Positions 1 through 11,429 of a stretch of 64,000 nucleotides of DNA are shown one piece after another. Source of the stretch: Eledone cirrhosa (Eukaryota); assembly GCA_964016885.1 (NCBI GenBank), contig OZ024754.1, forward strand, positions 21,762,001 to 21,826,000. The letters are read 5' to 3'. How positions within the stretch are numbered: the stretch's first letter is position 1; the number at the start of each line of letters is the position of its first letter. Both the position numbers and the translations under genes were made by a program. The notes under the pieces were generated by a model. The model was not told where the DNA came from, searched no databases, and was given only the letters and a program-made list of their open reading frames with translations.

Positions 1-205
1 GTTTTGTGCATTTTTGAATGGTTAAAATGACTGCCACAATATAAATAGCTTTAGTTTCAACACAGTCTCAGATCAAGTCACTTGCCAGACATGTACAACT
101 CTGAAATAATTAATAATTTTAGTAAATGGCTCAAAATGTTTCATTAATTAATTGAAATAAGGTAATGAAAAGTTTAAATAGAATATCTTGTTTAATGTAG
201 CCTAC

Positions 206-318
206 CTCTTTGTTAGTTTGTAACAGTGCAGTAATTAAAGTTATTGGTAATGGAGACAGATGCTGGTAGTTATCACAGACTTTCTGGAATTCTTCCACGT
301 TACTTGTCTTTGGTAATC
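206..318 (-). CDS. TRNT1: CCA tRNA nucleotidyltransferase, internal exon (third visible)
   Basis: Minus strand ...ctctcAG|GA TTA CCA...AAA GAG|GTagg. Encodes (G)LPKTSNVEEFQKVCDNYQHLSPLPITLITALLQTNKE, similar to the metazoan TRNT1 segment GLPANASLEEFDKV...PKPVTLLASLF. Phase joins correctly to exon 1184-1291. Confidence 0.85.
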
Positions 319-429
319 CTGAGAGAGGAAATATTTAACTTAAAAAAGGAAAAGGTTTTGACGTAAATTTGAATTTTATTATTTGTGTTTATCTCTGTCC
401 TTCATTTTTGAAATTGTAAGGAAATATAA

Positions 430-690
430 CCTCTGTTGTACTGGTACCACGATAAAGTACATCTAATAAAATGATTGGTGTAAGGAAAGGTATCCAACCA
501 TAGGGTTGAAAGAACCCTTTAGTAGTGTCATGGACATGACAACTTCTCTAGTGCTGGTTCTACATTAAAATGTACTCAGTACACCCTGTAAAGTAGTTGG
601 TGTTAGGAAGAGCACCCAGCTCCTGTAGAAACCATGTCAAAACCAGAACGTAAGTAAAGCATGATGTTCAACTTATCTGAGAGTAAAATA
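430..690 (+). repeat. decayed SINE/RTE 3'-tail fragments
   Basis: Degenerate ttggtgttaggaag...cagct...gtagaaacc motifs match the tails of the SINE and RTE copies elsewhere in the window. Confidence 0.45.
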
Positions 691-699
691 ACTGATTAA

Positions 700-887
700 C
701 GCTTTAGCATTTATATTACTCTATATTTACTAATATATTTTCATGGTAAACATTTTATCTCACATAATATCGAATGAGATTTTTTTTATTTTGAGCACAA
801 TACCTTAACATCAGTATGAGCGGCCAGTTTGAAGAAAAAGAGGTGAGAGAATTCTGGCCAGATATGGCTGATTTAAATGCTAAAGGG
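700..887. mobile_element. piggyBac-type MITE (188 bp)
   Basis: 14-bp TIRs cgctttagcattta / taaatgctaaaggg (1 mismatch), flanked on both sides by TTAA (696-699, 888-891). Confidence 0.75.
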
Positions 888-1183
888 TTAAACACTTCCT
901 GGGTTTGTGACAACTTATATTGAGAAAAAAACAGGTGTTAAATGACGATCATAACGTGGAACATTAAAAAGCTGTACTGCATGAAAATACAGTATCAGAG
1001 CACTCTTGAAACTATGAACTTTCTAATGGATTAGCCAGGATATTTTGAGACAATGTTTTACAGCTGGAGACCTCTGCTGGTGCACATTTTTTTAGTCACC
1101 TTTTATAACACGGAGGGGATATAGTGTACTTATTCTAAAAACAAGGATATGACTAACTAAAAGAAAAGTTAAATGAAACTTAC

Positions 1184-1291
1184 CGATGTAACAATGGACA
1201 CCTAGTTGTACAAGTGTAAACATAATATCTGAGGCAAGGGGACTGCTCACAATCTTCTTCAACTCCTGCCAGATACGTTCACCAGAAATAT
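1184..1291 (-). CDS. TRNT1: CCA tRNA nucleotidyltransferase, internal exon with SGERI motif
   Basis: tgacAG|AT ATT TCT GGT GAA CGT ... TAC ATC G|GTaag. Encodes ISGERIWQELKKIVSSPLASDIMFTLVQLGVHCYI, containing the class-II nucleotidyltransferase motif E (SxERIxxEL). Confidence 0.92.
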
Positions 1292-1911
1292 CTGTCAAAT
1301 AACAATGTTGAACCTACCATGATGTCTTAGATGGGGGTATATAACAATGTTTTACACTTTCATTTCTCACAAACACACATTATTCCACACATTCACACCT
1401 CATTTTACACTTTCATTCTTCACACAGAAACACCACCATTTTATATTTGCTCTCCATATTAGCATATGTCATCATGGTTTCAGTTAGCTATTATACAAAG
1501 TTGCTATACTGCCGGATGGGTTATAGAACTATTTGGCATGGTTTCTAATGCTGGTTGTTCTTACACCAATTGTAGCAATTATTTTACTTTCCCTCCCATC
1601 ATGCTCTAGTATTGCCTTATTTACATTATTCTGTGTTGAATTTCTAAGCCAGTGGTAGCAGTGACTCAAATGAGTTACTGGACATTAATTTATCCCTTTC
1701 ATTAACATATTCTTAATGAAAGACACTGCCTCTGATTTTCAAATTATTTTGGAAATATTTAGTAAACTTTCTTATGTTGGTGGTTGGAACATTACTTAAA
1801 AGGATCTCAGACAGAATTAAACTCAAATAGTTTCACACCCTAGAGGAGGTTTCCAATTGAATACTACTTTTGGCCAGAAACAGCCTAATATTATATAAAT
1901 AAGAAACTTAC

Positions 1912-1997
1912 TAGATAGACCGTGAGTGTTGTCCTTAAGAACCTGCAAAGTATCTGGATTGTGTTGACTGGATGAAGTAGCAATTTTGCCCCAAAAC
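1912..1997 (-). CDS. TRNT1: CCA tRNA nucleotidyltransferase, internal exon (first visible)
   Basis: ttacAG|G TTT TGG GGC ... CTA TCT A|GTaag. Encodes (R)FWGKIATSSSQHNPDTLQVLKDNTHGLS, similar to RFYGRI...HDPETLEAIAENAKGL. Splices in frame to give GLS-N-ISGERI. Confidence 0.85.
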
Positions 1998-2099
1998 CTG
2001 TAATTGTAACATAAGTTGTAAAATTGGAGTAAAGACATTCATTAAAAAGTATAGAAAGTATTTTTAATAGCATAGAATTTGAGGATAAGCTCTGGGAAA

Positions 2100-3165
2100 G
2101 ACATGACAGACTCGACAGTTTTGATATTACTATGGGGTCCAGTGACGTGGTAGGCATTTTCCTCGTGAGCTTACAGAGGTGATCCCAAGCATAGGTGGTG
2201 GAATATAGATAGTTAAAGAAAGAAGAGTAACATGGTTGGCTGTACAATAGGGGCTTTATTTAAAGTACTGACAATTGTTTTGTTGATCAGGTGTGTCTAG
2301 ACTTCGCTAATCGTTTGAGGTTGCGCCAATAGATCTCCAATACATTGTTTATCACTGGTCAACACATCAGAGTATGAAGATATGAAAATAATTCACTCGA
2401 GGCAAGACTTCTATAGCGGAGTAGCATAAAACAAAACAATAACAATAATAGAACAGCGTATAATTAAAACAATAACATCAATAATAAAACGTATGGTAAA
2501 TAGATAGAGAAGTTACAGATGTAAAAAGTGACAAGTAAGATACAATGTAGGGTACATTAAATAATAATAATAATAAGGAAATGGAAAATACAAAGAAATG
2601 AAAGAGTACTTAGAGTTAGATTTGTACTTAGAAATGTACTTAGAGTTAGATTTTAGTAGTTCTTGAGAAGGTGTTCTTTGGTGCTAACATGAGAGGCCAG
2701 ATTTTAGATGTAGATAAATTTGTGTGGAGGGTCCGATAAAATAGAAAATAATAAAGTAGAGATTAATTGATGTATACTATTTATGGGTCATTTGATAAAC
2801 GTTCGTTGTAGATGTTGGTTGCTCTATCTTAATGAGATTGATGGAGAGAGGGTGCAATAAGTGTACAGAGATTTATGGTCCTGTGATCGGTTGGCAGTTT
2901 GATAGCTAATAGCGGTGTGAAAGTGTGTATTCTATATGTTGAAGTCTAGGTGGTTCAGTACTAATTTTGGGATTGCTGGTTCAAATCATGGTGGTTTGAA
3001 GTTTGTGAATCTAAGTAGCTATTTTATGCCTACAGAAAATGGATCTTTCTATTTTGCTGTTAAGCAGCATCTTATCGTACCTTAAAATATGTAGCAGTTC
3101 TAAATTACAGAGCCCGCAGTGGGACATACCGTTGCTGTAGGCTTTTGTTGCCATAAATATAGATA
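2100..3165 (-). mobile_element. Penelope-like element 3' fragment (end of GIY-YIG domain plus pLTR)
   Basis: ORF 3011-3202 ends AYSNGMSHCGLCNLELLHIL...LLNSKIERSIFCRHK, the CxLC...LLN...CRH C-terminus of PLE endonucleases. Followed by an AT-rich UTR and a hammerhead-like motif. Boundaries approximate. Confidence 0.65.
2266..2374 (-). ncRNA. core-mutated type-I hammerhead ribozyme with very long loop II
   Basis: Minus: UACU-CUGAUGU-guugaccag-[64 nt]-cugaucaac-AAA-ACAAUUGU-C-AGUA. Stem I is 4 bp, stem II pairs at 8/9, stem III is palindromic, site is GUC. Core changes A9U and G12A. Confidence 0.55.
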
Positions 3166-3176
3166 TATATATTTTG

Positions 3177-4649
3177 TATTTTATCTGATGAGGGCATACC
3201 AAAATTTTGGTACCCTTGAAATCATCATCATCATCGTTTAACGTCCATGTTCCACGCTTGCATGGGTTTGGACGGGGGTTTTCCCACTTGAGGCAAGAGT
3301 GATTGTCTTGCTTGCATAGGACTGTCTGGCGGGTTTTCTACAGCTGGATGCCCTTCCTAACACCAACCACATTTACAGTGTGGGGCTGGGAGGTTTTTAC
3401 CGTGTTGCCTACACGGCCACATTACAGCGTGGACTGTCTGGCGTGTTTTCTACAGCTGGATGCCCTTCCTAACACCAACCACATTTACAGTGTGGGACTG
3501 GGAGGTTTTTACCGTGTTGCCTACACGGCCACATTACAGCGTGGACTGTGTTTTTTGTCGTGACACCTACACGATCTCATTTGTTTCGGCCTGGATGTTG
3601 TGGCACCAACATAACTTGGCATTGAAAGGGGCGGTGTGGATGGGGTGGGGGTGTATTTTGTTAGAGATGCCTACTGACTGTAGTAGGTTTTACTTTGTAT
3701 TTAGGTAAGGCGGGTCTTCTCTGTTACTGAGTACCGCCAAAGGTCTCGGTCCAGTGACATTGTCTTGGAGAGGTGTAAGTGTGTGAGGTCGGAATTTATC
3801 AGCTCGTCCCAGGTTTTTCTGGGTTTGCCTACTCCGTGGCTACCATCTATCTTTATTGCCCTGCACTTTGTTATACAGCTGTCGTCTTTCATGCGCATCA
3901 CGTGACCATACCAACGTAGCCTTCTCTCGAGTAAACAACATCTGATCCCTCTTATTTCTAATTTTTCCCTTAGTTCGTTTATGCTTTGCCGTTCACGTAT
4001 ATTACTATTACACATCCAGCGGAGCATGCAAGCTTCGTTCCTCTCTAGTCTGCGTATATTCTCTGCACACAATGCCCAGGTCTCACTGCCATGCAACATT
4101 GCTGTTCGTATGCAGGCATCATACAACCTGCCTTTCATTTTTAGGGAGAACCCTTTAGCGGCTAATAGTGGTATAAGCTCTCTGAACTTTTTTCATCCAG
4201 TTCTGACTCTAGCTACTGTACTTTCAGAGCACCCTCCCCCACTGCTGATTTTGTCACCCAGGTAACGGAAGCTGTCCACTATTTCTATAGAACCCTCTGC
4301 GCAATTGAAAGAGCTAGTATTTTGTGGGCACTTGCTGCTACTTATTGCACCAGAGCACCGGCCACATGTAAAATCTGTGTTCTTAGTTAGCTTACCTGTG
4401 ATCCCACTACATCTTTTATGCACCCATACTTTGCATTTGGGACATAAAATGGAGTTTCTACCTACGCCTTTCCTACACACTGAGCATGGCCATTTCCCGG
4501 AAGGGACCGGCGCCTTATTTTCTTTCCTACAAACTAGAACTTTAGTCTTAGCCAGGTTAATTTTAAGGCCTTTTGATTCTAGGCCGTGCTTCCATGTTTG
4601 GAATTTCTTCTCTAGCTCGGCCATTGATTCAGCTATATATAATAAAATA
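3177..4649 (+). ncRNA. type-I hammerhead ribozyme interrupted by RTE insertion (halves 3177-3222 and 4635-4649)
   Basis: tattttat-CTGATGA-gggcataccaaaattttggtaccctt-GAA-at | RTE | atatat-a-ataaaata. Rejoined, it matches the intact ribozyme at 9400-9463, including the downstream flank aatatggttttataaatat. Confidence 0.8.
3223..4636 (-). mobile_element. RTE-clade LINE, subfamily A, 5'-truncated
   Basis: RT C-terminal ORFs 4193-4636 and 3701-4138 (frameshifted; RLRWYGHVMR, GKPRKTW), a 3' UTR with a ~112-bp tandem duplication, and an (ATG)n tail. Confidence 0.93.
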
Positions 4650-4689
4650 AATATGGTTTTATAAATATAGCTTCCATTTATTAATATCA

Positions 4690-5491
4690 TTGATATATTT
4701 ATAATATAAAGTTGACAGCCGTATGTAGGTAACAAACTTTTCGCCAAACAGCTGGACCAAACAGCACCATAGATGTAACTTTTTCCAAGTAAAAAATTGA
4801 GGGTATTTTTGTCTACTGAATTTTGTTAAAAGATTAAAGACATTATTTAAATATTCACTTCTTTAAAATTTCAAATGTCAACACTTCCGGTTATACGTCA
4901 TTCCTCACTTTTTCTTATGATGTCGCACAACATTCCCCTCTTTTTCTTAGTCTGTCTTTTTAGATAGATACATAGCTATAACGTAGCGCCCTTATAATAT
5001 GTTTCTATATGTCTGGCTGTCTGCATTAGATAATGTTTTTCGAAATATTTACTTCTGCGTTCACAGATTTAGTTTCATAAGATTCTGTTACGGGTGAAAG
5101 CCTTTGCTTAAACTTTAATCTGTTATTTTGATATATATATTCGTGTACAGATATTTTTGCATACACAAAAACAAAAACCCATTTATTTTATGAAAGCACA
5201 GACGGCTTATCGTCATTGTTACTGTTCGAGGTTAGAGGACCACAGTCTTTCCAAGATCTGAGAACCATCAATGGATATCAATGTTCCACTTGCCAGATGC
5301 ATGGTATGTTACACGATGACAGCCATTGGCACCTCACTCTGCAAGAAGCAGCAACTGCTAAAGTCCCTTCGCAGCTGCAAAAACTTTTTGCTATTATGCT
5401 GCACAACTGCGATCTCGCCGACCCTCTCGCACTGTGGAACAAGCACTGCGAAAGTCTAGCTGAGGACATCCTCCACCGCACACGCAGACAC
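4690..5491 (+). mobile_element. Helitron fragment (Rep/Hel linker region with probable 5' non-coding part)
   Basis: ORF 5216-5494 LLFEVRGPQSFQDLRT...DDSHW...L.EAA...PSQL..LFAIML is homologous to the Helitron at 13109-13615. The 5' limit is uncertain. Confidence 0.7.
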
Positions 5492-7410
5492 TAGGTTTCT
5501 AGTTGTGGAGTAGGACAATTTAACCGTGTGCCTGTTGAAGATGGCGTGGTACCGGTGTTGCTTATGGAAGTGCTTATCTAAAGCCCTGAAGAAAGAGGCC
5601 GCTATGTTGTTGTGTAAACCGGCGTAAAAGGGGGGGTTAAACCAAATGGCATTACAGGAATGGGTTCGCTTCTTGTTGTAGTCACCAGTCCCCGCACCCG
5701 TTCCGTCAGAGTATGTGTTATGTATTCGCTGTGGACGTCTGGAATAGCCATGCCCCCCCAATTCGTCACTGCCCGCTGGGTTGGTTATGCCGATCGGAGC
5801 ACCCCGAGCTGAGGCGGCTAGTACCTTCCACGCTCACTTCTGAGCCCACACATGTCCCCCGTTGGCTCCACCGCGTTCCAAAGTAGGCGAGGTTTGGTCC
5901 CTTCCTGATAAGCCATGGTTAGCAGTTCCTCCAGTATTACTCAGTGGTGTTGTATCAGGGACGAGTAATGAAGTCTTACTCGTGTTGGTCCCGTTGTTGA
6001 TTCCCACTGAAGTGTTACTGTCAGCAGTACCGTAATTCCTTAGACTAGGTATAAACTTAATTCCTTCCTTGTACCCAGCATTTCTAAGGGCATTATTATA
6101 ATAGCTAGCTACGCTATTGAAGGTTTCCTGGTTAGCTGACAGAGAAGAAATCTTATGGGATACGCTATTAACAATGACCCTCCTGACTGACCCGGGATGG
6201 TTGGAGTTGGCATTCACTTACTTGAGGCACTCGTTTGGCTTGTGGTACGGACTCTAGATTGAGGGTAACATCTAGGAAGTTGACTACCTTTCTATTATTT
6301 TCTATGTCTATGCTGAGGCCTAGGTTTTTGAAAAATTTAATCAAGTTCTTTCTCGTCCTATTTATCATGCTATTGGTGTGGTTGAGTAGCGTAAACAACG
6401 CACCGTCGTGGTATATTCCACCACCTAACGAAGGGATCTCGCTTTTCAGGTCACAGGATGTAGAGGCCCACCAGGTCAGTAACCTGCGCCGAGTCGCTCG
6501 ATCCCATCGTGATGTCAATTGTCCAGCCACTCTCCCCTAGTCCAGAGCTCACCGTCGAAACCTATCAGTGTCCTCCTGGCAGTATGGATGATGTTAATTT
6601 CATCCCTGGTTAAATCAGTATGCCTGCTTGCAAACATAAGTGCCTTGTTAAGAACCACCGGCGATATGGATGCGTAATAGTTACATATATCAAGCTGTAT
6701 AACATTTTTCCTACCTTTGCACTGCAGGCCGTTAAACCACTCAATCACTTCCCCCGTTCTGGACCATTGCTGTAATTGGATCTTTTTTCTAAGAGTTGGT
6801 AAGATTCTGTCCAGTATTTTCTTGCTAATACACCCAATGTCAGACTTTTATGGTATTATGTCTGACTGGGAGTTCCGTTCCGAAGTTTGGTTTGTGATCC
6901 TTCAGCAAGATACGGGGTTCTTTGAGTTGGTAAGGCCCGGTTCTATCCACAATGCTGAGTTTATTCACTATTCTATTAGTCCACTCGTTAATGTCATCAA
7001 GGTTAGCATGTGTAGTTTTTCTGTAATTCCTTAAGTATTAGTTTTCTGTAAGTTGCCACATCCAAGTTGTAGAGGTTATCCGTTTTATCCGCATGAACGA
7101 GAATTCTGTCTGAGCGTTTTAGTGCAGAGATGCTATTTGCTAGTTTCTTGAGGTGAGGCTGCTCCTTAGATGGGAACCTGTTGAATTTGATGCCTGAAAT
7201 AATATTGGCCATCTCTTTCTCAAAGCCCTCCATAAGTTTGTTTTGCAGTGGGTTTTTTTTAGATTTAAAACCAAACGTAGAGACCAGGCTGCCAGTGTTC
7301 ACATCAATCGTAGGGGTTATCCTATCGTAGTGGAAGGCCTTCCATCGCATTCTGCATACAAACGAGTCTGACTTAAGGATTAGCTGTCTGGTGTACTCCC
7401 TTTTGCTGGG

Positions 7411-7413
<3 letters not shown>
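5492..7413 (-). mobile_element. Penelope-like element RT pseudogene, 3'-truncated
   Basis: Frameshifted ORF chain: RMRWKA..ADKTDNLY; QLDICNYYASI; degenerate YxDD then VNFLDVTLNL; SNHP; IWFNPPF...IFNRHTVKLSYS. Confidence 0.85.
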
Positions 7414-7449
<36 letters not shown>

Positions 7450-7452
<3 letters not shown>

Positions 7453-9300
7453 AAGAAATTAAAAGATGGTTAAAAAAGTTCCATATATTTTATTATGCGC
7501 ATTTCGAAAACAACATCATCCTGGGACAAAAATTGTGTTCTCATCAGATAAAATAAGGTAACATGATATGAGGCCTCAAAACACTTGTGAACAAGAAAGT
7601 GTCCAGTCTCCATATGACAAAAATATAAGAGAAGAGAAAAAAAGAGGAGGAAAGATAGGAAAAATGAAGAAAAGGAAAGGAAAAAGAAATAGAAGAGAGG
7701 AAAAAAGAAAGAAAGAAGGAAGAGAGAGAGAGAAAAAATGAAAAACAGCTGTAAATAACGGCAAAAAAAAAAAAAAAAAATTGATGAGGTGTATGTGCTA
7801 ATATTACAAATATCAGAGGTCTAGAATATAGAAACTGGGTATATTATTTTATATTGAGTTTGAATACTAAAAATTGGATTAAGAAGTGTAAAAATGTATT
7901 AATAAAATAAAATTAAATTAAAAATAATTATAATAATTACAAAAAAGGGTTTTTAAAATAAAATAAAATAAGATAGAATAGAATAAAAAATAAAAATAGT
8001 CTATGTATGTCAAAATTAAAAATTACTATTAAAAATCTATATATGTGGGGTATAGTATTTAATTATTATTTTATATCAACAAGTAAATAAAGGAAATTGC
8101 TAGAAAGGTTTATAAACGTAGAAAGACATATGATGTCATACTTTGTTTACAAAATCTACGAAGGTTTGAACGAAAATTTTAAGGCTATAGAGGAAAAAAG
8201 GTGAAAGGCTTAAAAATGCAGAGAAAAGGGAATTAATACATTGTAGAATATAATGAAATATGTGAGAAAAAAATGTGTGAAAAGATATATGTGTAGAAAA
8301 TATATATGTGTAAAAAATTAACCGTTACTCGTTGAATATGTTATAGGACATTAGCTGTAAACTTTGTGAAAGGTCTGAAAAGATTTATGATTACAAAGTC
8401 CAAATAAATCTGTACGTCTATTTATTAAAGAGTTGAAATTCGAGATAATGGTAAATTTTTCAGCTAGGCATAAGTTACAAACACTAGATATGGAAGCATT
8501 GGAGTAAGGAAAACTGTTGCAAATTTTACGCCAAGAAATTTCGTAATTAATGTTTTTGTCTTTTAAGGACCAAATAAGTTCTGAGAGTGCGGTGCTGGTC
8601 CTTTTAAGTGGAGATTTAAATGTAGAAGAATGATTATAGAGTCTTGCTTTAAAGGAGGTAGAAGTAGAGCCAATGTAGGTATAGGTATTGGTACTAGTTA
8701 CATTCGTATATTAGGTTTTTATCGAGACAGAAATTACTAAGAGGACAATTAGTTCTAATAGAGCAGTTGCATTTATGATTAAGATTATTAACAGAGTTAT
8801 TTGCAAGTGTCCCATGATTATTTATATTAGCATCAGGAGTGGTGGAATTAACTAAAGGAGGTGCTAAGGTTTCCTGATTTACATTACTATTTGAGGCATT
8901 CCTCAAAGTTACGTTTGACGTATTTATATTTAAGTTATTTTGTCTAGAGTTTACATTGACGTCGGGTGTTATTATTATGACTCTCATGGCTGGATGCATA
9001 TGAGATATTATTTAATATTTTGGAATTATATCTTGAGATAATTTTAGAAATGTTGGAAGTGGTGGAATATGAGAATTTAATGGTATGCTTATTAAAAATC
9101 TTACTATAAATATGTGAAGGGGGGAAGCTGTTATCTAAACCTCAAAAAAATAATAAGTGAAAGAGAGAAGGGAGCGTTGTACCAAAGGATATTTTTATAT
9201 CTAGGTCTCCTCTTTATGTTACTGGTATGATTATTACTAGCTACATTACTATAAGTTATGCCAAGATTAGTTTCCTTAGTGTATCTAATTTATTCTCTAA
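7450..9300 (-). mobile_element. Penelope-like element 3' part: linker, GIY-YIG endonuclease (~8350-9180, disrupted) and pLTR
   Basis: Minus translation KIFNKHTIKFSYSTT...CNCSIRTNCPLSNFCLDKNLIYEC...YIGSTSTSFKARLYNH...TALSELIWSLK...CNLCLAEK, followed by an AT-rich UTR and a hammerhead. Confidence 0.85.
7486..7555 (-). ncRNA. type-I hammerhead ribozyme, intact core
   Basis: Minus: UAUUUUAU-CUGAUGA-gaacacaa..uuguuuuc-GAA-AUGCGCAU-A-AUAAAAUA. 8-bp stem I, stem II 7/8 bp, palindromic stem III, AUA site. Predicted cut between 7494 and 7493. Confidence 0.9.
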
Positions 9301-9301
9301 T

Positions 9302-9363
9302 AATCATACCTTATTGGTTGGATATTCACTATCCAGTGAATATCCAACCGATAAGGTATGATT
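9302..9363. repeat. 29-bp inverted repeat with 4-nt loop
   Basis: aatcataccttattggttggatattcact-atcc-agtgaatatccaaccgataaggtatgatt (1 mismatch). Confidence 0.95.
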
Positions 9364-9399
9364 TTCAAGGGTATGTCTCTATTTATAAAACAAACTTTG

Positions 9400-9463
9400 T
9401 ATTTTATCTGATGAAAGCATACCAATGTTGTCTTGGTACCCTTGAAATATATATAATAAAATA
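9400..9463 (+). ncRNA. type-I hammerhead ribozyme, intact core
   Basis: tattttat-CTGATGA-aag ca taccaa tgttgtc ttggta cc ctt-GAA-atatatat-a-ataaaata. Predicted cut after 9455. Confidence 0.9.
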
Positions 9464-9508
9464 AATATGGTTTTATAAATATATTTTCCATTTATTTAAT
9501 ATCATTGT

Positions 9509-11133
9509 ATCATCATCATCATCATCATCATCATCAGCGTTTAACGTCCGTGTTCCACGCTTGCATGGGTTTGGACGGGGGTAGTCCCACTTGAGGCAAG
9601 AGTGATTGTCTTGCTCGCATAGGACTGTCTGGCAGGTTTTCTACAGTTGGATGCCCTTCCTAACACCAACCACATTTACAGTGTGGGTCTGGGAGGTTTT
9701 TACCGTGTTGCCTACACGGCCACATTACAGCGTGGACTGTGTGTTTTTTTGTCGTGACACCTACACGATCTCATTTGTTTCGGCCTCGATGGCGCGGCAC
9801 CAACATAACTTTACATAGAACGGGGTGGTGTGGATCGGGTGGGGGTGGTGGGACGGGGTGTATTTGTTAGAGATGCCTACTGGCTGGAGTAGGTTTTACT
9901 ATATATTTAGGTAAGGCGGGTCTTCTCTGTTACTGAGTACCGCCAAAGGTCTCGGTCCAGTGACATTGTCTTGGAGAGGTGTAAGTGTGTGATGTCGGAG
10001 TTTATCAGCTCGTCCCAGGTTTTTCTAGGTCTGCCTATTCCGTGACTACCGTCTATCTTTATTGCCCTGCACTTTGTTATACAGCTATCGACTTTCATGC
10101 GCATCACGTGTCCATACCAACGTAGCCTTCTCTCGAGTAAACAACATCTGATCCCTCTTATCTCTAATTTATTCCTTAGTTCGTTTATGCTTTGCCGTTC
10201 ACGTATATTACTGTTACACATCCAGCGGAGCATGCAAGCTTCGTTCCTCTCTAGTCTGCGTATATCCTCTGCACACAATGCCCAGGTCTCACTGCCATGC
10301 AGCATTGCTGTTCGTATGCAGGCATCGTACAACCTGCCTTTCATTTTTAGTGAGAACCCTTTAGCAGCTAATAGTGGTATAAGCTCTCTGAACTTTTTCC
10401 AACCAGTTCTGACTCTAGCTACAGTACTTTCAGAGCACCCTCCCCCACTGCTGATTTTATCGCCCAGGTAACGGAAGCTGTCCACTATTTCTATAGAACC
10501 CTCTGCGCAATTGAAAGAGCTAGTAGTTTGTGGGCACTTGCTGCTACTTATTGCACCAGAGCACCGGCCACATGTAAAATCTATGTTCTTAGTTAGCCTA
10601 CCTGTGATCCCACTACATCTTTTATGCACCCATACTTTGCATTTAGGACATAAAATGGAGTTTCTACCTACGCCTTTCCTACACACCGAGCACGACCATT
10701 TCCCAGAAGGGACCGCCGCCTTGTTTTCTTTCCTACAAACTAGTACTTTGGTCTTAGCCAGGTTAATTTTAAGTCCTTTTGACTCTAGGCCGTGCTTCCA
10801 TGTTTGGAATTTCTTCTCTAGCTCGGCCATTGATTCCGCTATGAGTGTCAGGTCGTCTGCGTATAGGAGTTCCCATGGGCAGCCTGTCTTGAACTCCTCT
10901 GTTATGGCCTGAAGGGCAATAATAAATAGTAGTGGACTGAGAACAGAGCCCTGATGGACGCCGACTTTTACGCTAAACTCTTCACTATATTCGTTGTTAA
11001 TTCTAACCTTGCTGACTGTTTCTTTATACATGGCTTGTATAGCCCTCACAAGCCATTCGTCAACGCCTAGTTTTCTAAGAGCCCACCAGATAATGGAGCG
11101 GGGGACTCTGTCGAAGGCTTTCTCCAAGTCGAC
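9509..11133 (-). mobile_element. RTE-clade LINE, subfamily A, 5'-truncated (open 406-aa RT fragment 9907-11127)
   Basis: KAFDRVP, GVHQGSVLSP, YADD and FRYLG motifs; (ATG)n tail at 9509-9535. Confidence 0.95.
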
Positions 11134-11429
11134 ATTATACTAGCAGTTTAGCCCAGCATTGCTCGGGTTTGTTCATTTGCTATGAAAAGTTACTTACAGG
11201 TAAACGTAGCTTGAAAGTGCATAAAGCAGTTGAACCGGTTATTAAAAGTTACAAACCGATTAGCATTTTGGACAATCAATGATGGGTTAATAATCTTCCA
11301 ATAGCGAATTTAATAGACCAAAGCTGCAAGATGGTGGCCCTGATGCTGCTGGGTGTCAGATCTGTCCGCCATGGGTGACCCCACCAGTTTTCCAGACGGC
11401 ATAGCTCCAACACCTGCACCAACATCTGT

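Noticed and set aside
1092-1183. ORF-track extensions beyond the TRNT1 exons (also 1823-1911 and 1998-2038)
   Set aside because: Read-through into intron past clear GTAAG donors and AG acceptors.
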